Positions 24,724-38,885 of a DNA stretch of 64,000 nt are shown in pieces. The stretch is taken from assembly GCF_006345805.1 (NCBI RefSeq), contig NC_043006.1, positions 60,760,001 to 60,824,000 on the forward strand. The letters run 5' to 3'. The position numbers were made by a program, and so were the translations under genes. Under the pieces are notes generated by a model that did not search any database, was not told the origin of the DNA, and saw nothing but the letters and a program-made list of their open reading frames with translations. Origin of the DNA: Octopus sinensis (taxonomy: Eukaryota). Position 1 is the stretch's first letter. Each line of letters starts with the position of its first letter.

Positions 24724-25739
24724 GTGTGAATATTTTTCCAATAATCAGAAAGTAGGAGAATTGCTTTGGATAACTACATCGAAATATCTACTATGATTAC
24801 AGATTTACTTTTATATGAATAACCATTAGCTTATTCGGTTGTGAGTAAAAGTCTAAATCACAATCTGGAAAGGGCTAGGAGTTTAAAGCAAGAAAAATGG
24901 CCGCTTAATATGAACTTTACTCATAAAATCTGTAACCCGTACAGTAGAAACATACAAGATCTAAAATTTTGATGTTTAGCAATTATCGTTGTTATTATAG
25001 AAACTTCAATGACAGAACTTTCGTTTCTCTGTTAGAAATCAACTTCCTCCTACTAGAAAAAAATACTAATAAATAAAAAGAAGAAGACAACTACATCACA
25101 TTCACGAACTATTACATTGCAGTGAAAATTGCAAATATCTAAAGCGCACACATATACCCGTTATATCCAGTTTTGTTGTGTCTTATGGAGCCAAACGTTT
25201 TGTCATGCATCTATGATTTAGTCACTGACACAATTCGACTCTATCGATTTGAAGGTGGCTATTGGTTTGTTTTTATAGACGCGAGGAAGATTCGTTTGCT
25301 AGATTATACATACATACATACATACATACGAATACACAAACATACACACACACAAACGCACTAACACACATATTTACACGCAGACTCATCAATAATCGAT
25401 TGGTAAGACAAACACGAACTAAAGCAGATTTCGAAAACATTACATCTCATTAAAAACACTTGGTAAAATTCCGTTTAATAATTTCCTATGCTACAGTTCA
25501 ATGACAGCGACAACAATTAGAACAACAGATCCAACAGCCTCCATTTAGCGTTGACCACACTCACCTTGTGTCTATCCATTCACTCTACTTCTGGTATAAG
25601 CTCACTCTCTCCATTCTTTAATGACCGCAGCAATCACTGTAGCAACTGAACCTATTATCATCAAGGTCACCGTTGTCATCATCATCTTTATCGCCATCGT
25701 GGTCGTCGTCATCATAGTCCGTAGTTGTCATCGTCGACA

Positions 25740-25751
25740 TCATTGTCGTCG

Positions 25752-25816
<65 letters not shown>
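25740..25816. repeat. (CAT)n-(CAG)n microsatellite
   Basis: Direct reading. Confidence 0.95.
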
Positions 25817-25817
<1 letters not shown>

Positions 25818-25880
25818 TGTTTTACAAGAGCTGTTGTCAGCAAGGAGACATCTTTTAACCCGGCGCTGTCATTCTTTCAG

Positions 25881-26230
25881 TCCAGTAATAACTGATCTAA
25901 CATCACAGCCCCGTTAAATTCAAGGAACGCAAAAACTGTAAACGTGTATCAAAACATCTCGGTATTTCGATGTCGTTGCAAGTCCCTGCGGTAGAAGTTA
26001 CCCTGCCGCATTGAAACATCCACACGCGTCCGCAAATAACTTGTTTGCTGATTGGCATAAGCAAGAGCTCGTGCCCTTGTTCGTTCTTTTCGTGGGTCCG
26101 CCGAGCAGATTCCATTGGGGAAATAAACAACGAGATCGAAACGCTGCGGTGTCTCAAAATCTCCTACACTGGTAAATCCTGTGCGCTATGATCGCACGTC
26201 ATCTGAAGGAGGAAATGTTCTCCGATGACA
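25881..26230. other. CpG-rich unique block: possible decayed Gypsy integrase C-terminus, exon, or regulatory element
   Basis: Many CpGs against an AT-rich background. Minus strand gives HSA(T)GFT...FDL...RARALAYANQQTSY..DVSMRQGNF with one frameshift. Also has GT/AG boundaries and CCAAT and TGACGT motifs. Confidence 0.3.
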
Positions 26231-26625
26231 AAAAAAAAAAAACACACAATAAAAATAAAATAAAACAAATATAAAACAAAATCAGTTGTTCTAGTTTGAA
26301 TCTGCCGGAATGTATTAAGAGAATAGATGAGTCTAATTTTGTGATGTTTTCGATCACTTGTCTTCAGACAGGAAAATTAAATCTGGTTCATTGTAACGTG
26401 TATCAGAATGTTTATAATTATTCAACTGTTTATTTTCATTAAGAATAAAATTTTATTTATTTTTTAAACTGTTAATGTTAACTGGTGCAATGCAAATTTC
26501 AGATTCCATTTCCAAAATATCTGGAGTTTTTTTTCAATATTTCCTTAAATGTTTATATTCCTAATTAATATTTCGTTTATTTGAATCGTTAGAGCGTCAA
26601 AAAATTGCTTTTCAAAATTTCATTA

Positions 26626-26740
26626 AATTCTGAGTCCAAATCTTGCCGCGGTTATCTATACCGTTTTTCCTTTGAGGGTCCATAAAATAACGTCAGTTAA
26701 GTGTCATGTACGGTATTCAATGGAGTATACTAACCCCTAA
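26626..26740 (+). mobile_element. Decayed SINE fragment
   Basis: TTCTGAGTCCAAATCTTGCCGCGG...CCTTTGAGGGTCCATAAAATAA resembles the SINE head and core seen in reverse at 5560-5640. Confidence 0.4.
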
Positions 26741-29064
26741 CTAGTGTAATCGTTCAAACCCCCGTGGAAACTGGCCTATATTCTTGAAACTATGCAATCC
26801 ATATAAGAATCTCTTTTACGCTTTTACTAGGACCAGCATGATTGTTGTGGCAAAGCTGGAGCAGAGATCATGCAATTGGTACAGATTCTAACGTACTTAA
26901 CTTTTCGTTTTCCAATGACGAAGAGCAACATTGACCGTATATTCACGTTAGCATCTGCCTTACTGTATTAAGAGAATAGATATGTTATTATTTTCTGATG
27001 TATTTGGCCAGTTGTTTGGTGAATTAAAGAGTTCGGTACTACTGCTCCCAGTTGCAATTCTTACTATGACACTAGGTCGTCTGGAATCACAGATAATAGA
27101 GGATTGGAACATGAAGGATTCTTCTCATCAATATTCTACATACCATATACATGACTATACAATTTATATGTGGGTGTTTAAGCACATATTTTGCATTTTT
27201 ACTATTAATACATTACGAAGGTACAAGCTTTATATATGATTATCTTTTGTTTCAAGCCTTGAATAGTGTTATTAACATCTATTCGAAGGCCTATTATCCA
27301 GTTCACTTTTAGACATGACATAATATTTGAAATCTATAAAAAGTCCAGAAATTAAAATTTAAATGAGATAAAACATAAAAAACACACGCGCACCCAATAG
27401 TCGATTTGATTTGCTCAAAAAGAACATGAAATTTTATAAAGACTATATGACTAATAGTGAAATATGAAGTAATGTTCTGTAAGTGAAACTACATATCCAG
27501 TGGAATTTATTATATTGTTGCTGATAACGCTATAAGTATGATTATCTTACAATTTGTGGGAGAAAATAAATGCAGATAGATTGTGCGATGTGGAGAAGAA
27601 CCTATCTACATATAGCTTTTTTTTTCAACATACTTTCGGGTATTATCGGTAGTATCGCGATATCTTTCTGCCAATTCATCACAGCATGTAATAAGATAAA
27701 CATAATTAACATTTATTTTAGATTTTTAAAATATATGATTTTCATGTTTTTGATTTAGAAAAATATAGTTACTCACTTCAGCTTTATGGAAAGAATAAAA
27801 GGAATGCCTCAAATTTATGTTATTATATATAAGCTTCTATGGCATCCGATCTTAAAGCAAGTCTATACTATTTAACATCCGACAGTCTTTTATAAAGCGA
27901 AGATAACTGTATAGATGTATTACTATTCTTTTTAGTTGGTCGTACTCTAGTTTTTTTCTCTCTTAAATTGTATGTATTACCTTTATTTTCAATTGTGAAG
28001 TATAAAACGAACTGAATATTGATATTTCCTTTGAAAGTGTTTGACTAGATCGCTATCAAATTCTTTTAAGTTTTGCGAGATTCTGAATGGTTCCAGGTGA
28101 TGGCATTATTGAAAATGAAGAAAAACAGTCCAGACAAATATTTGGTATGAAATGTAAGAGATACGGGTATTATTATTTTGACATTTTTTGAAGAAAGCCA
28201 AAAGACATATATCAATAGATTTCCGTGCCTATATTTGTTGTTATTGTATTTTTCGCTGATGTTTTATTGTATTGTTAATGATTGATGCTGTGCTTTGAAA
28301 GGGATGTGTTTCCGTTTAGAGGTGGCAGCTTGCATATGGAAGAATTACTTCAATGTTAGTAACTTTCTACTCAAAGTTATGGAATTATATTATATGTACA
28401 TTTATACCCATACACCACAGACTAGATATCTTTAACGGAAATTGTTTTCTATGCTTTATGATTTTACTATATAATACAATATAATATTATATGATATATT
28501 TATTCCATTCAAGTGTTAGTGTATGTATGAAATATTTGTGCATAGTTCTATATAAATGCATGTAACTAGCTTTAAAATCATTTTTTTAAAAAGCCGTTAT
28601 TTCTGTAAACAAGATGATGGTTATATAAGGACTTATGTCTTTACATTCAAATACACGCATTCCTTCGCATACATACATACATACATGCATGCATGCATGC
28701 ATACATACATACATACAAGCATGCATAGACGCAATGCATACATACGTACACACGGGTACATGCATATGTGTATGTATATATACGTGCATGGTTATAATGC
28801 GTATAATGTGATTTATCATACACAAGTTACCAATGGCTTCATGCAAAAAGTAGGCTCTACGCCGGGCTTCTGATTGTTTTATTTTCCCCACCCGTCAACA
28901 AGAAGCAAAATTGTACAAGATGGCAGTTTAGCGAAATTTCGAAAGAGAGCTGACAGTAAAATTTCTGTGGCATTATAACATTAAGGTAAACTAATTTCTC
29001 CTAATGACCATAAAAGATTAATATTACCCTTAAACATATATTTCGTAAACAGTGTTATAAATGG

Positions 29065-29257
29065 CATTGTTTCTCTAACATGCATATAGTCTTGAAGTAG
29101 ATAAAATTTCATTTAATTTTACTCTTGTAAATGTATTATTGTTGGTAGGATTGACAGAGAGTCAGAGAGAAATGTATTATAGTTTCCATTGACAAATATC
29201 AATTCTTAGTACTATTCAGAAAGATTTAAAGTGTTAATAACTTTTGGTATTTTTAGA
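29065..29257. repeat. About 190-bp dispersed repeat, copy 1 (copy 2 at 32540-32735)
   Basis: High identity by eye, same orientation, about 3.5 kb apart. Flanks are unrelated. Probably a decayed retroelement fragment. Confidence 0.85.
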
Positions 29258-31789
29258 GTAATATGTTGGCAATCTATGTTCCAGTGTGCGGATACGATTA
29301 AATAGAACTTTTCTTGTTGAATGTTTTATATGTGCCGCCATATTGCAACTACTTTTACTTCAAAGACAATGTAATATCTGCCAGTGTGGCTGTTCATTTG
29401 TTCGAATATTTTAAAGAAGACAAATAGTCAGAATTTTTGCTTAAATCGAGTTTGCTTCATATTGTTTTCACTTCAAGTGAATTGATGTTCTTTGATCTAA
29501 AGTGTATTCATTTTTCATATTTCTTTGTAAATGAACATCTTGATACTACAACAGACATACTTTGACTGTTTTTATGGAGTTTACATTAGGAACGCAGGCA
29601 TAGTTGATCTTCACGTCATCTTGCTGTAATACCTTTACGTTGAGGTCGAAAGATAGGCCAGCATTTTGTTTAACTACATCAGCTTTGTTGATTACCAAAA
29701 GAAAATACGAAGCAGATAATTTTCCTGGGCCGAGTTATAGATATTTTCATATGGGAGGGTAATAAAAGATTGTCTTCATGAAGCCTCTGTTTTGCAGAGC
29801 AGTATACGAAGAGGCAACCTTGTCAAAATGGTTTTAAGAGTAAAGTGGGGATGCTAGTACTCAAATTAGGGATGGAGTTTTCGAAAATATTACCGTTTGT
29901 AGAAAACATAAATCAGAAACATATATTTAGTATAAATTTCAAATGCACTTTTGATCTAGTAAACGACTTCTAGGTAGCTACTTTTAGCTATAGTGTTGCA
30001 GAGAAAGTCAATCTTCGGGAAATTCCGATGCATATGGGGTTTTAATTTGTGTTGGTGATGTTTACCACTTAAAAATGATGAAATGGTTTGATACTTTTTG
30101 TTTTTCTTGTTATCAGTTACATTCATCACTACAAACATTTAAATGTGTTTGAAGATATGTGACGGCCAATATGATATTCAGCATCTCTATAAATCGCTAG
30201 CTTTAATTGGTCGTCATATCTGCGATTTTCTGTGGAGAATACTACAAAAGTCATTATACTGGCCGAAATCGATGATACTGCATATCATTAGCTGATACCA
30301 AGTTGAATTGGGAATCTACGAAATGGCGAATTAAAGATCTAAGATCGTTAATACCTTCACAAATATATTATAGAGATTTGCGTGTGCAATTAAATTTTAA
30401 ATTCTGCGAATGGATTCAAACATGTGGAAATACTCATTATATTTTCAATAAATGTTAGATTATGTGTAAAATATGAGCAGAGGATCTTTTACATTGATAA
30501 CCTTGGAAATTAAGATGATGTTTGCGAATATATAGCTGCACAAATTGTGCAAGTTGGGAATTTCACTGTTCTTAAAACACTTTGTATGAGTTAAGATTGA
30601 AAATGTTTTTCTTATGTACATTCCGTAGAGTGGTTAAAGGACAATGTGGAATTTGATGAAAAACTTTCTACATCTTTTAGGAAATTTCACCTCGAGAATT
30701 TACAAGAGATACTACCGTAGCATCTTCATATGCACCTTACATTGATTTCATCAGGGTTGTAAAAAAATTAAATATATTTGCGTTGATATAATCACATACC
30801 ACTGCTGTTTAGACGCAACATAATAAAACTTATCTATGCAATATGAAAATAAGAGAAATGGTTGAAGCAAGAGTAGCATTTTCTACATTTTGAGAATAAT
30901 CGACAAGAAGATGAAAAAGAAAGCAGGACCTGAGATATTTTCTTCACCACAGCCGGACAGATTATTATATGTAGCTGTTATTGATTTTTGTATTTAACCA
31001 AGTCAGCACCATCCAGCAAACTAAATAACAAATACGTTTAAGCCATCTCTCACCCATTTTCTAGTTTGGCTCAGCCATGGCGTGTCAGGAATTTAATTTC
31101 TATTCGTAAAAAAGCTAGAGTGTAAAGTAATGACGGTTTTGGGTACTATTTCTAGACAATGGATTAGCTGTTTAGTTTGAAATATTAACGCATTTGGAAA
31201 ATGATGAAGATGATATATCAGCCTGCTATAAGATTATGACGTTTAAAATGTCTTCATACGAGATAAGAGGCTACAAAAGAGGCACTTCTGCGTCGATAAG
31301 TTCGCTAGCACATCTTTAGAGTTAATTATTCATAGACAAAATACTTAATGAAACATTGACAGTAATCACCCCACATTAAACATCTTTCAGAGCAAACCAC
31401 TTATATACAAAACAGATAGCTGGAAGGCGAAATACCGTGCTGTTAAAAAGTCTCCACATATAATGTAAGGACAAACTTTCATAAAGTTTGAATGATTTTC
31501 GTTATGAACGCTTGAAAGCTATATTACACACTCTATGAACTGTAGCTCCTTTTTGTTTAATTAGCAGAACGAATATCGATTTTTTCTATAGATGTATACA
31601 GACGGTTTCAGGCTGAGCCAAAATAGTTTTTTTACTGCATATGTTTATCTATAATGTGTATAATATAGTGTGCGTCGGCATAGACGATCACTTTCCGTAT
31701 ATATATAGTTACAATATGTAATAGCGAAGGTAGGTCATACTGCTTCGTAGGTTTCTGTCATACGTCGCAGTTGCTCAGTTGTAGTAAAC

Positions 31790-32335
31790 AACGTTTAATC
31801 TCTTCACAGTGTGTTTACCATATCCGTGTATCTCAAGTAGGTTTTAACCTGATTTTACGGACGTCTCAACAGTGTGAGTACGCTCTTTGTTTCGGTGACC
31901 GTACTTTCTCCCTTCACAGAACTTGCCCTAGCCTGCGAAGGCCTCAAGATACTTTTCTCTTTCATAATACAGAGGTTGGTTTTCTGTAGAATCGTAGTTT
32001 TTATGACTTTCGCTTGCTCAGTGATGTTTGTGTACTGTCGTATTTGGTGTTTATTATGAATGAAGGTAGATGTATTACCCCGCCACCTTGATATGGTATA
32101 GTGTAAAGTACGCGATTTCGATCTGTGCAATTGATTGAGGCATTATATATTGATCTTCATTTCACAGCAACTTTCTTGTTTCGCAGTTGTTCCCTAACCC
32201 TTCCAAATGCCAATCTAACATTCCTCATCCTGCGACCTAGTTTGCCATGAAATCTAACATCGATACTGAATGCACTACCCAGATAGGTAAGAGGCTTTCT
32301 CCAACTGGTTCTGCCTTTTAGTGATAGCGTGATGA
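31790..32335 (-). mobile_element. Decayed RTE-clade 3' fragment
   Basis: LTYLGSAFSID...LGRRMRNVRLAFGRVREQLRN, then decayed post-RT sequence. Confidence 0.65.
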
Positions 32336-32421
32336 AGTTGTGTCGCATGGCTCGATATAGGACATGCAGTTTTCTGGATTTTAATAATCGAACTAAATTT
32401 TTGAATACAATAATGTAAAGC

Positions 32422-32495
32422 CTCCATCTTTAACATCTCCTCCATGTTACACATCTCCTCCATGTTACACATCTCCTCCATATTTAACATCTCCT
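32422..32495. repeat. 18-bp tandem repeat (CATCTCCTCCATGTTACA), about four copies
   Basis: Direct reading. Confidence 0.85.
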
Positions 32496-32539
32496 TTGCA
32501 GTGTTCGTGATAGAGGCATAACCTGCAACAAATAAAGGG

Positions 32540-32735
32540 TATTTCTCTAACATGCACATAGTCTTAAAGTAGATAAAATTTCATCTAAGTTTACTCTTCT
32601 AAATGTTTTATTGTTGGTAGGATTGACAGAGAGTCAGAGAGGAATGTATTATACTTTCCATTGAGAAATATCAATTCTTAGTATTATTCAGAAAGATTTA
32701 AAGTGTTAATAGCTTTTGGTATTTTTAGGAGTAAT
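32540..32735. repeat. About 190-bp dispersed repeat, copy 2
   Basis: See 29065-29257. Confidence 0.85.
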
Positions 32736-33198
32736 ATACTGGTAAGTAAGTAGAACGTTTTATTGAATGCCTTTTGGTATTTGTTCCAGTTTTCTGAGCA
32801 AGGATTTCGAACATGACCAAGGCAGATTGACCATTTCATTGTCTTGGGATGGACAAAAAGTATCAGTCTAGGGTAGTAGATTGACTGAATTCTTGGCGAT
32901 TTAGGAAGCTCTTTTCCTTTTTATGTTTCACTTCTTTACGTTTTGAGAGCAGCAGATGTGACAAAATTGGTACTAGACTCTCTCGGTCCAATTCAGCAGT
33001 CTTGCCGATTCAGAAACACGGTTGGTGTAGAGGAATTAGACCAGCATGAGAAACTGGGTGCCTTCTCAAACTGTCTTGCGCATGCCACACATGAGTACCT
33101 GCACCCTCAGTCATGATCGAGGGCGACTATAGCTACATATAACCAAACATGCATTTACACATATATATGTATATGTATATGTATATGTATGTATATAT

Positions 33199-33246
<48 letters not shown>

Positions 33247-34895
33247 ATACATATATATATAATGCATGTGGGTATATATATATATATATATAATGCATGT
33301 GGGTATATATATATATATATATTTATATGTATGTAATCGTGTGTGTGTTCGTCTGTTCGACCTGCATTCCAGTATTACGAATATATTAAATTTCGTTATT
33401 CCCCTATTCTTCTCTCATAGTCTCTTCCTTTCTATTTTCTAATTCTGTATTTTACCTTGTTTTGCTATCTACGTTTCATATTTTTTCTACATCTCCATCC
33501 GCCTTTCACTTTGCTTGCGGTAGGTCAATCTCTATCTACTGTTTTTATCGTCGACACAATAAATACAAGTTTAACCTTTTGGTTGACCTTCAGTGAATCT
33601 ATTCAATATTGTGAGTCAAGAACGAAAGACAAGTGGCACTTCTTCATTGCTCTTTTATTGTGAGCACTTGAGGAAAGCTCGAAAATTGTACATTGCAAAC
33701 AGAACTGTTTCCCATTTTAGCTGTATGTATCTATACATGTGTGTGATTTTGTTTGTGTATATGTATGTTCCTCTATACTTGTTCGGTCAATGTGAGCTGA
33801 TTAAGACACCATTTCTTTCTGACATTTTTTTCTGTATAAGAAATCCACACACATGTTTATATGACAGTATTGATATCTGTAGAAGTACGTCTGCTTCAGC
33901 AATCGTTACGATCGATTAAACATCTCGCGTTTTGCGTATTTCTATGTACGTTCTTGCACCACTTACACCCATTGTGTAAATTAACATATTTTCCTTTCTG
34001 TATATTGCTATTATCTATCATCTGACTTTCTCTCCTTTTCTAAACACACGCACGAACATATCTGTGTGTGCGTGTGTGTGCTTGTGTGCATGACCATATG
34101 TATGTGTGAGTCTATTTTTATAGACAGATACTTAAAATATGCTCAATACAAATTTCAGTTAGAAGTGTATAGAGACATTATATTCTCAATATTGTCTCAG
34201 TTAAACAGTAATACCAATCCGCGTCACGGTTTCGTTCAGTCGATTTTTACACCATCGTACACAAAAAACGCTTGCTAAATCATAAAGGTTATAATTCTAA
34301 TGGTGTAAATTGCATTCGTCAAATTTTCATTGCATTATATGTTTAGTGTTACTTCTTTCACATACACAGACACAGATCTCACTCGAACCTTTATCTTTCC
34401 ATACACTTTCTTCACCTGCGTTTGGGCCAGTGGCCCAGAAAAGAAATTTGCTTAGGATACAATAGAGTTATGACTTTTTGATTTTGCAGGGATAAACAAT
34501 TTCCTGTATCAAAAGTCGATGAGCAATTTCATATAATTAGGGTAAATAACCTTTATTATAAGTCTTTAAAAACAAAAACCTCACCCCAGCTGAAGGAATC
34601 TAACACCACTTTTGATCCATATCATGCTTCATGATGCCTGCTGAAGTTTTTACCAAACATGGTGCACTGACTTAATGTATTGCAGAAACAGTATATCTCA
34701 AATCCCAGCTTTCAAGTTTAAGTAGTTTAGGAGTTATAGATTTATTAATTTGTTCCAACTTAGGCCCTACTTTAGGTAATATCCTCTTCCTCTCCTTTTT
34801 ATTTCTGGGACGCTAAAAACACTGAATAAACTTTTTTTTTTCAGAATAGTAGGCCTATCAAACTAGAGTATCTAAAATACTGTCTCATAAGAGAA

Positions 34896-36590
34896 GTGCC
34901 TATATCATTCAAAGAAACAAAGAAAATCTGGACGAAGAATCTCATCCAATTTCAAGACTCACATAGGAAAAGAAGACCTGTTCCTCTAGAAGAGCATTCT
35001 TTGGAAAGTAACTGCAGGATACCAATGAAACTTCAAATTGTCGGTCGCTACCCGTTCCTTAGGGAAGAAAAGAAAGAACAATGGAAATTTCGAAAGAAGT
35101 AACTTTTTTATGGCAGAAGAAATCAAATTTGCCATATTTATCAATTCAAAGAGTACAAGCAAAAGTAGAAAATTGCTGAATACCTACGATAAATGTGTGA
35201 AACTAGGAAAATACGATTCATTAAAAGGAATTCACCGTTTTCCATTAAAAGGGAAAACGGTGAATGGCTGTGCTGTGAAGATAGGGTATATTATCTTCAA
35301 ATTGAAAGGAAGGGACAGGTTGGGTATGGAACATGAAAGGCAGCCAGTTCCAAAAGTATCCATCCATGGAAAAGAAGAAAAGTTTTCTTAGTGTCAATTC
35401 GAAAAATCAGATGAAGAATCCACACAAACAAGGAGGAAGTATAGCAAAACTGAAACTGCAAACAAGTTAGTAATATCTTCCAAGCTATCAACTCAAAAAG
35501 CAGCAACGGTTTGTCGACAAATATCTGAAAATGGAATCAATATCGAGACTCCTTCCCAATCTAGTATTGGCTATCAAAGAATCCGTTAAACTAAAAAAGA
35601 AAATGAAGAAAACAGTACGTTTAGAAAACCGATCATTGAATTTTGATGGTAAACGTATTGATGACCAAGAATACCAAGTGCTATGTTTAACGAATGAACA
35701 AAGAGAACTTAAGTTAGTAGCACTCAAATTACCAAAGGGAAAAACCGATACTGTTGGTAAAAGCATAACAGCTCTTTTAGATGAATACAACTTATGGAAC
35801 TAAGTAAAGATGATTGCCATTGATTCAACGAGTGTGAACACTTGGAAAAGAAATGCCATTATCATTCAGTTGCCAAGGCTTTTTGCTCAAAAGTGTTGAA
35901 AGAACCGCAATTTATTGACTGTCAGCATCATATTCTTAATAGAGTTTTTCGTGTTGTAATGGATAACAAAATAAGACATCTCCCAATATTGAATATACAT
36001 TCATCCCAGAGCTTCTAAGTAATTACGAGAAACTCAATGCTAATTTAAATAATGGTGAAGAAATGATTACTGAATCAGCAGAATGGCAAGATGACATGAA
36101 ATTTCTTTTTCATTTGACCATAGTTTTTCGTTTCTTTGAAGAAACCGGAAAATTTCCTACTGTAAATTTTCAAAAAATATCCAACTTAATTAATGCAAGA
36201 AGGAATAATTCTTGAGCAATACTAGCTCTTTTGGCATTTATTCTTCTACTAGAGAAAAAAGTTTTGCTTCTCAATGTACGTCGATTCATCTCTTACAGCT
36301 GGGCAGAGTTTTACTTTACTGATCAAATGTCCAATGCACGCGATTATCAGAAGTTATGTGGTAGCCTGCAAGTTCGTAAAAATGGCATTAAACTTTTTAA
36401 AAAAAATTTTGGAGTAGAGAACCATCAAAACTGGAACCTTCCAGAACAAATCAGAGTGCAGAACAGGCAGTCAAGTGATTTCAAGATCTTTATGATGTTT
36501 GTAAAAAGGAGAAACTTTAGCTTCGATTTATCTCATCTAACAAAATATATTAATTTTTTATTGTGTCTAAAAATTTGATAACATTCAGCA
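34896..36590 (+). mobile_element. Decayed hAT-like (hATm-type) transposase
   Basis: LNFDGKRID.QEYQV...ELKLVALKL..GK..T...I..LLDEYNLW, MIAIDSTSVNT.KRN and, in another frame, QFIDCQHHILNR (CxxH motif after the second catalytic Asp). Many stops; TIRs not resolved. Confidence 0.65.
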
Positions 36591-37189
36591 CCCTTTTTCT
36601 TATATAGTTATTTAAAATTGGAATTACACTTATAAAGTTAAAAATATGTATTGTTTTAAATTTTGTATGTTATCGAATGCTTGTAGCGGCCTCTGTCTTA
36701 CACAGAGCAATTTCACTAATCGTAAAGATGTATAAATACACTTTTATTCCACATCTCTCTTGCGTTTGCAAGGATTTAGGCGGAGGAAATACTGAAGTGT
36801 GAATTTAGTGCCACCTAGTGATTATAGTTTTAAAAGCCCATAACTCCGAAACTACTTCAACTAGAAAGCTGAGATTTCTGCATTGCATTGAGTCAGCACA
36901 CAAAGTTTGATAAAAAAACTTGTGCAGGCGTTATAAACCGCACTAGAATTTAGCATTATTTGGGTCAAAAGTGGTAATCGGTTTCTTAAGTTGGAGGTAA
37001 CGTTTTTTGAAATAAAGCAAAATAAATGTTAGTTTCCTGGGGTTTATAAATTTATTTACTAATTACAGTAAAAGGTTATTAAGTTGTGAAAAATCCATAA
37101 CTCTAGGGTACAAATCCAGGTCCCAAATGTCTTTACAAACAAGGGTGAGCTTTTCAATTTTAAAATCAAAACAAGCAGCGGTATAAAAA

Positions 37190-37200
37190 TAATAGTAATG

Positions 37201-37259
<59 letters not shown>

Positions 37260-37262
37260 TAT
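37190..37262. repeat. (AAT)n microsatellite
   Basis: Direct reading; precedes an R4/Dong 5' half. Confidence 0.95.
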
Positions 37263-37779
37263 AATCCCCAGCCTTGACAGCGGCTGGACGTGTTCTTTGT
37301 TGCTCTGACCAGATAACAGCCGAAGAGACAGAAACACTAATACAACCCAGCAGGACAACTGAAAAAGAACTCTTAAAGACTGGAATATCTACAATTTCCT
37401 GTGAATATTTAAAATTTCTCTCAAAATAAGTTAAGAAACTTACATATCTAAAGTTTTGAAACATACAAGCGATCAGCTTTAAAAACTTTAATATCTACAA
37501 CTTCTGTAAAGACATATCCTTTTCTCCCTGAGTATTCGAAAATGTAAAAATTCTTTTTATTCTAAGAACACTAGTTTTCAATGTTCGAACAAACAAGATA
37601 ATAGCGCAAGGATGAATAAGTGGACCAGCGAAGAAAACATGATAGCGATGCTACTTAGAAAGTGAACCTAAAAGAAGGCGAACACTTTGGGTAGAGAAGG
37701 GTGTGTTTAAAGTGACTGAGGAGAGATCAGTTGTTCAACCTAATGTTCCAACCCTCACAAATAAATCTAATATTGTACA

Positions 37780-38885
37780 AACGTACTGAAACTGGAAACA
37801 GAAACAACTTCAAGTAAGACCCTACATAAACAGTGATAAACTTGCCAACGTCAGAAGAAACATTATGAAAAGAAATTACTAACTGAATTAGAGATTGACC
37901 AAATTAAACAAACAGTAAGAGATAAAAGAAACGAAGCTACAGTTAAAGAAAATACTACACAGAAAATAATTATAGACCAGCCCAGATCAGATGAAAACCC
38001 AGTATTGATAGAAAGAGTCAATATAACTGATAAGTAAAGTGAACTACTCTTTGCGCCAACCATAAACACTAAGACAGATGAAAATCAAATAGATGAAGAA
38101 AGTCACCAGAAATTGACCTAACTGAACTAGATGGGTCTAAAAAATCAAATCGTGATTGAATGGCTGAAAATTAAAGAAACCAATATGAATGAACGTGACA
38201 CTCTCCCATAAATTTGCATTTCTAACCCAAATCTGAAAGTAATTGGTAAAATCCACCTAGCACTTAACAATATAATTTCAACTAATATGATTGATATTAC
38301 AGTTCGCCACCACCTGTGCTATGCATGCACGAAAATCTCAACGATTCTATGTGGTGAAAAGAATAGAAAACAACATTCCCACAAAAAGCCTACTTGGCAA
38401 GAACGTATTCAACACCAAATTCAGTTACTTAGGTCTCACATAGTATGTTTAAAAAGCCTTAAGTTTGACAAAACTATCAAACCCCACCCAAAATCCGAAA
38501 ACTAAAGTAAAAATATATGAAAACCATGCTTGACATCAATAGCACCGTAGAAACTATCAATTCAAAAGTGATGTGCCAAAGCTGCGCGCATAGCAAGGTA
38601 TGAAAAGTGCGTTAGATTCTTCTAGGACGACATGTTCAAAAATAACCCCCAAAATTTTACAGGAAGATAGGGAATATACCAGTTACAGTAAAGTTTGTCC
38701 CATAAAATAAGTGCAGGAATTTTGGAATAAAATTTGGGCAGAAGGAAAAACACAAAATAAAAAGGTCCCTTGGATTAATAAAATATCTATTTTCTTAGAC
38801 TACTTAGAAGAGCAAAAATGGGAGGGTATCAAGGTAGAGGATATAAGATCTGCTCTAAGGAATTCAAGCAAATGGAAATGATTTG
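37780..38885 (+). mobile_element. Decayed R4/Dong 5' half (N-terminal domain to start of RT); may extend 5' to about 37265
   Basis: INSDKLANVRRNIMK matches KLANVRRYI of copy 1. Then KKPTWQERIQHQI, EFWNKIW and IRSALRNSSKWK. Confidence 0.7.

Noticed and set aside
26068-26090. miR-375-like seed TTGTTCGTTC
   Set aside because: No complementary arm to form a precursor hairpin, and the 3' half does not match.
29798-29840. Neuropeptide-like exon (QYTKRQPCQNGF) after a good acceptor
   Set aside because: Another frame reads RAVYEEATLSKWF, which resembles a decayed mariner HTH, and the donor is weak. There is no independent support.
32950-33120. Possible RTE 3' end
   Set aside because: Only vague similarity to the C-terminal finger motif; no frame gives a convincing match.
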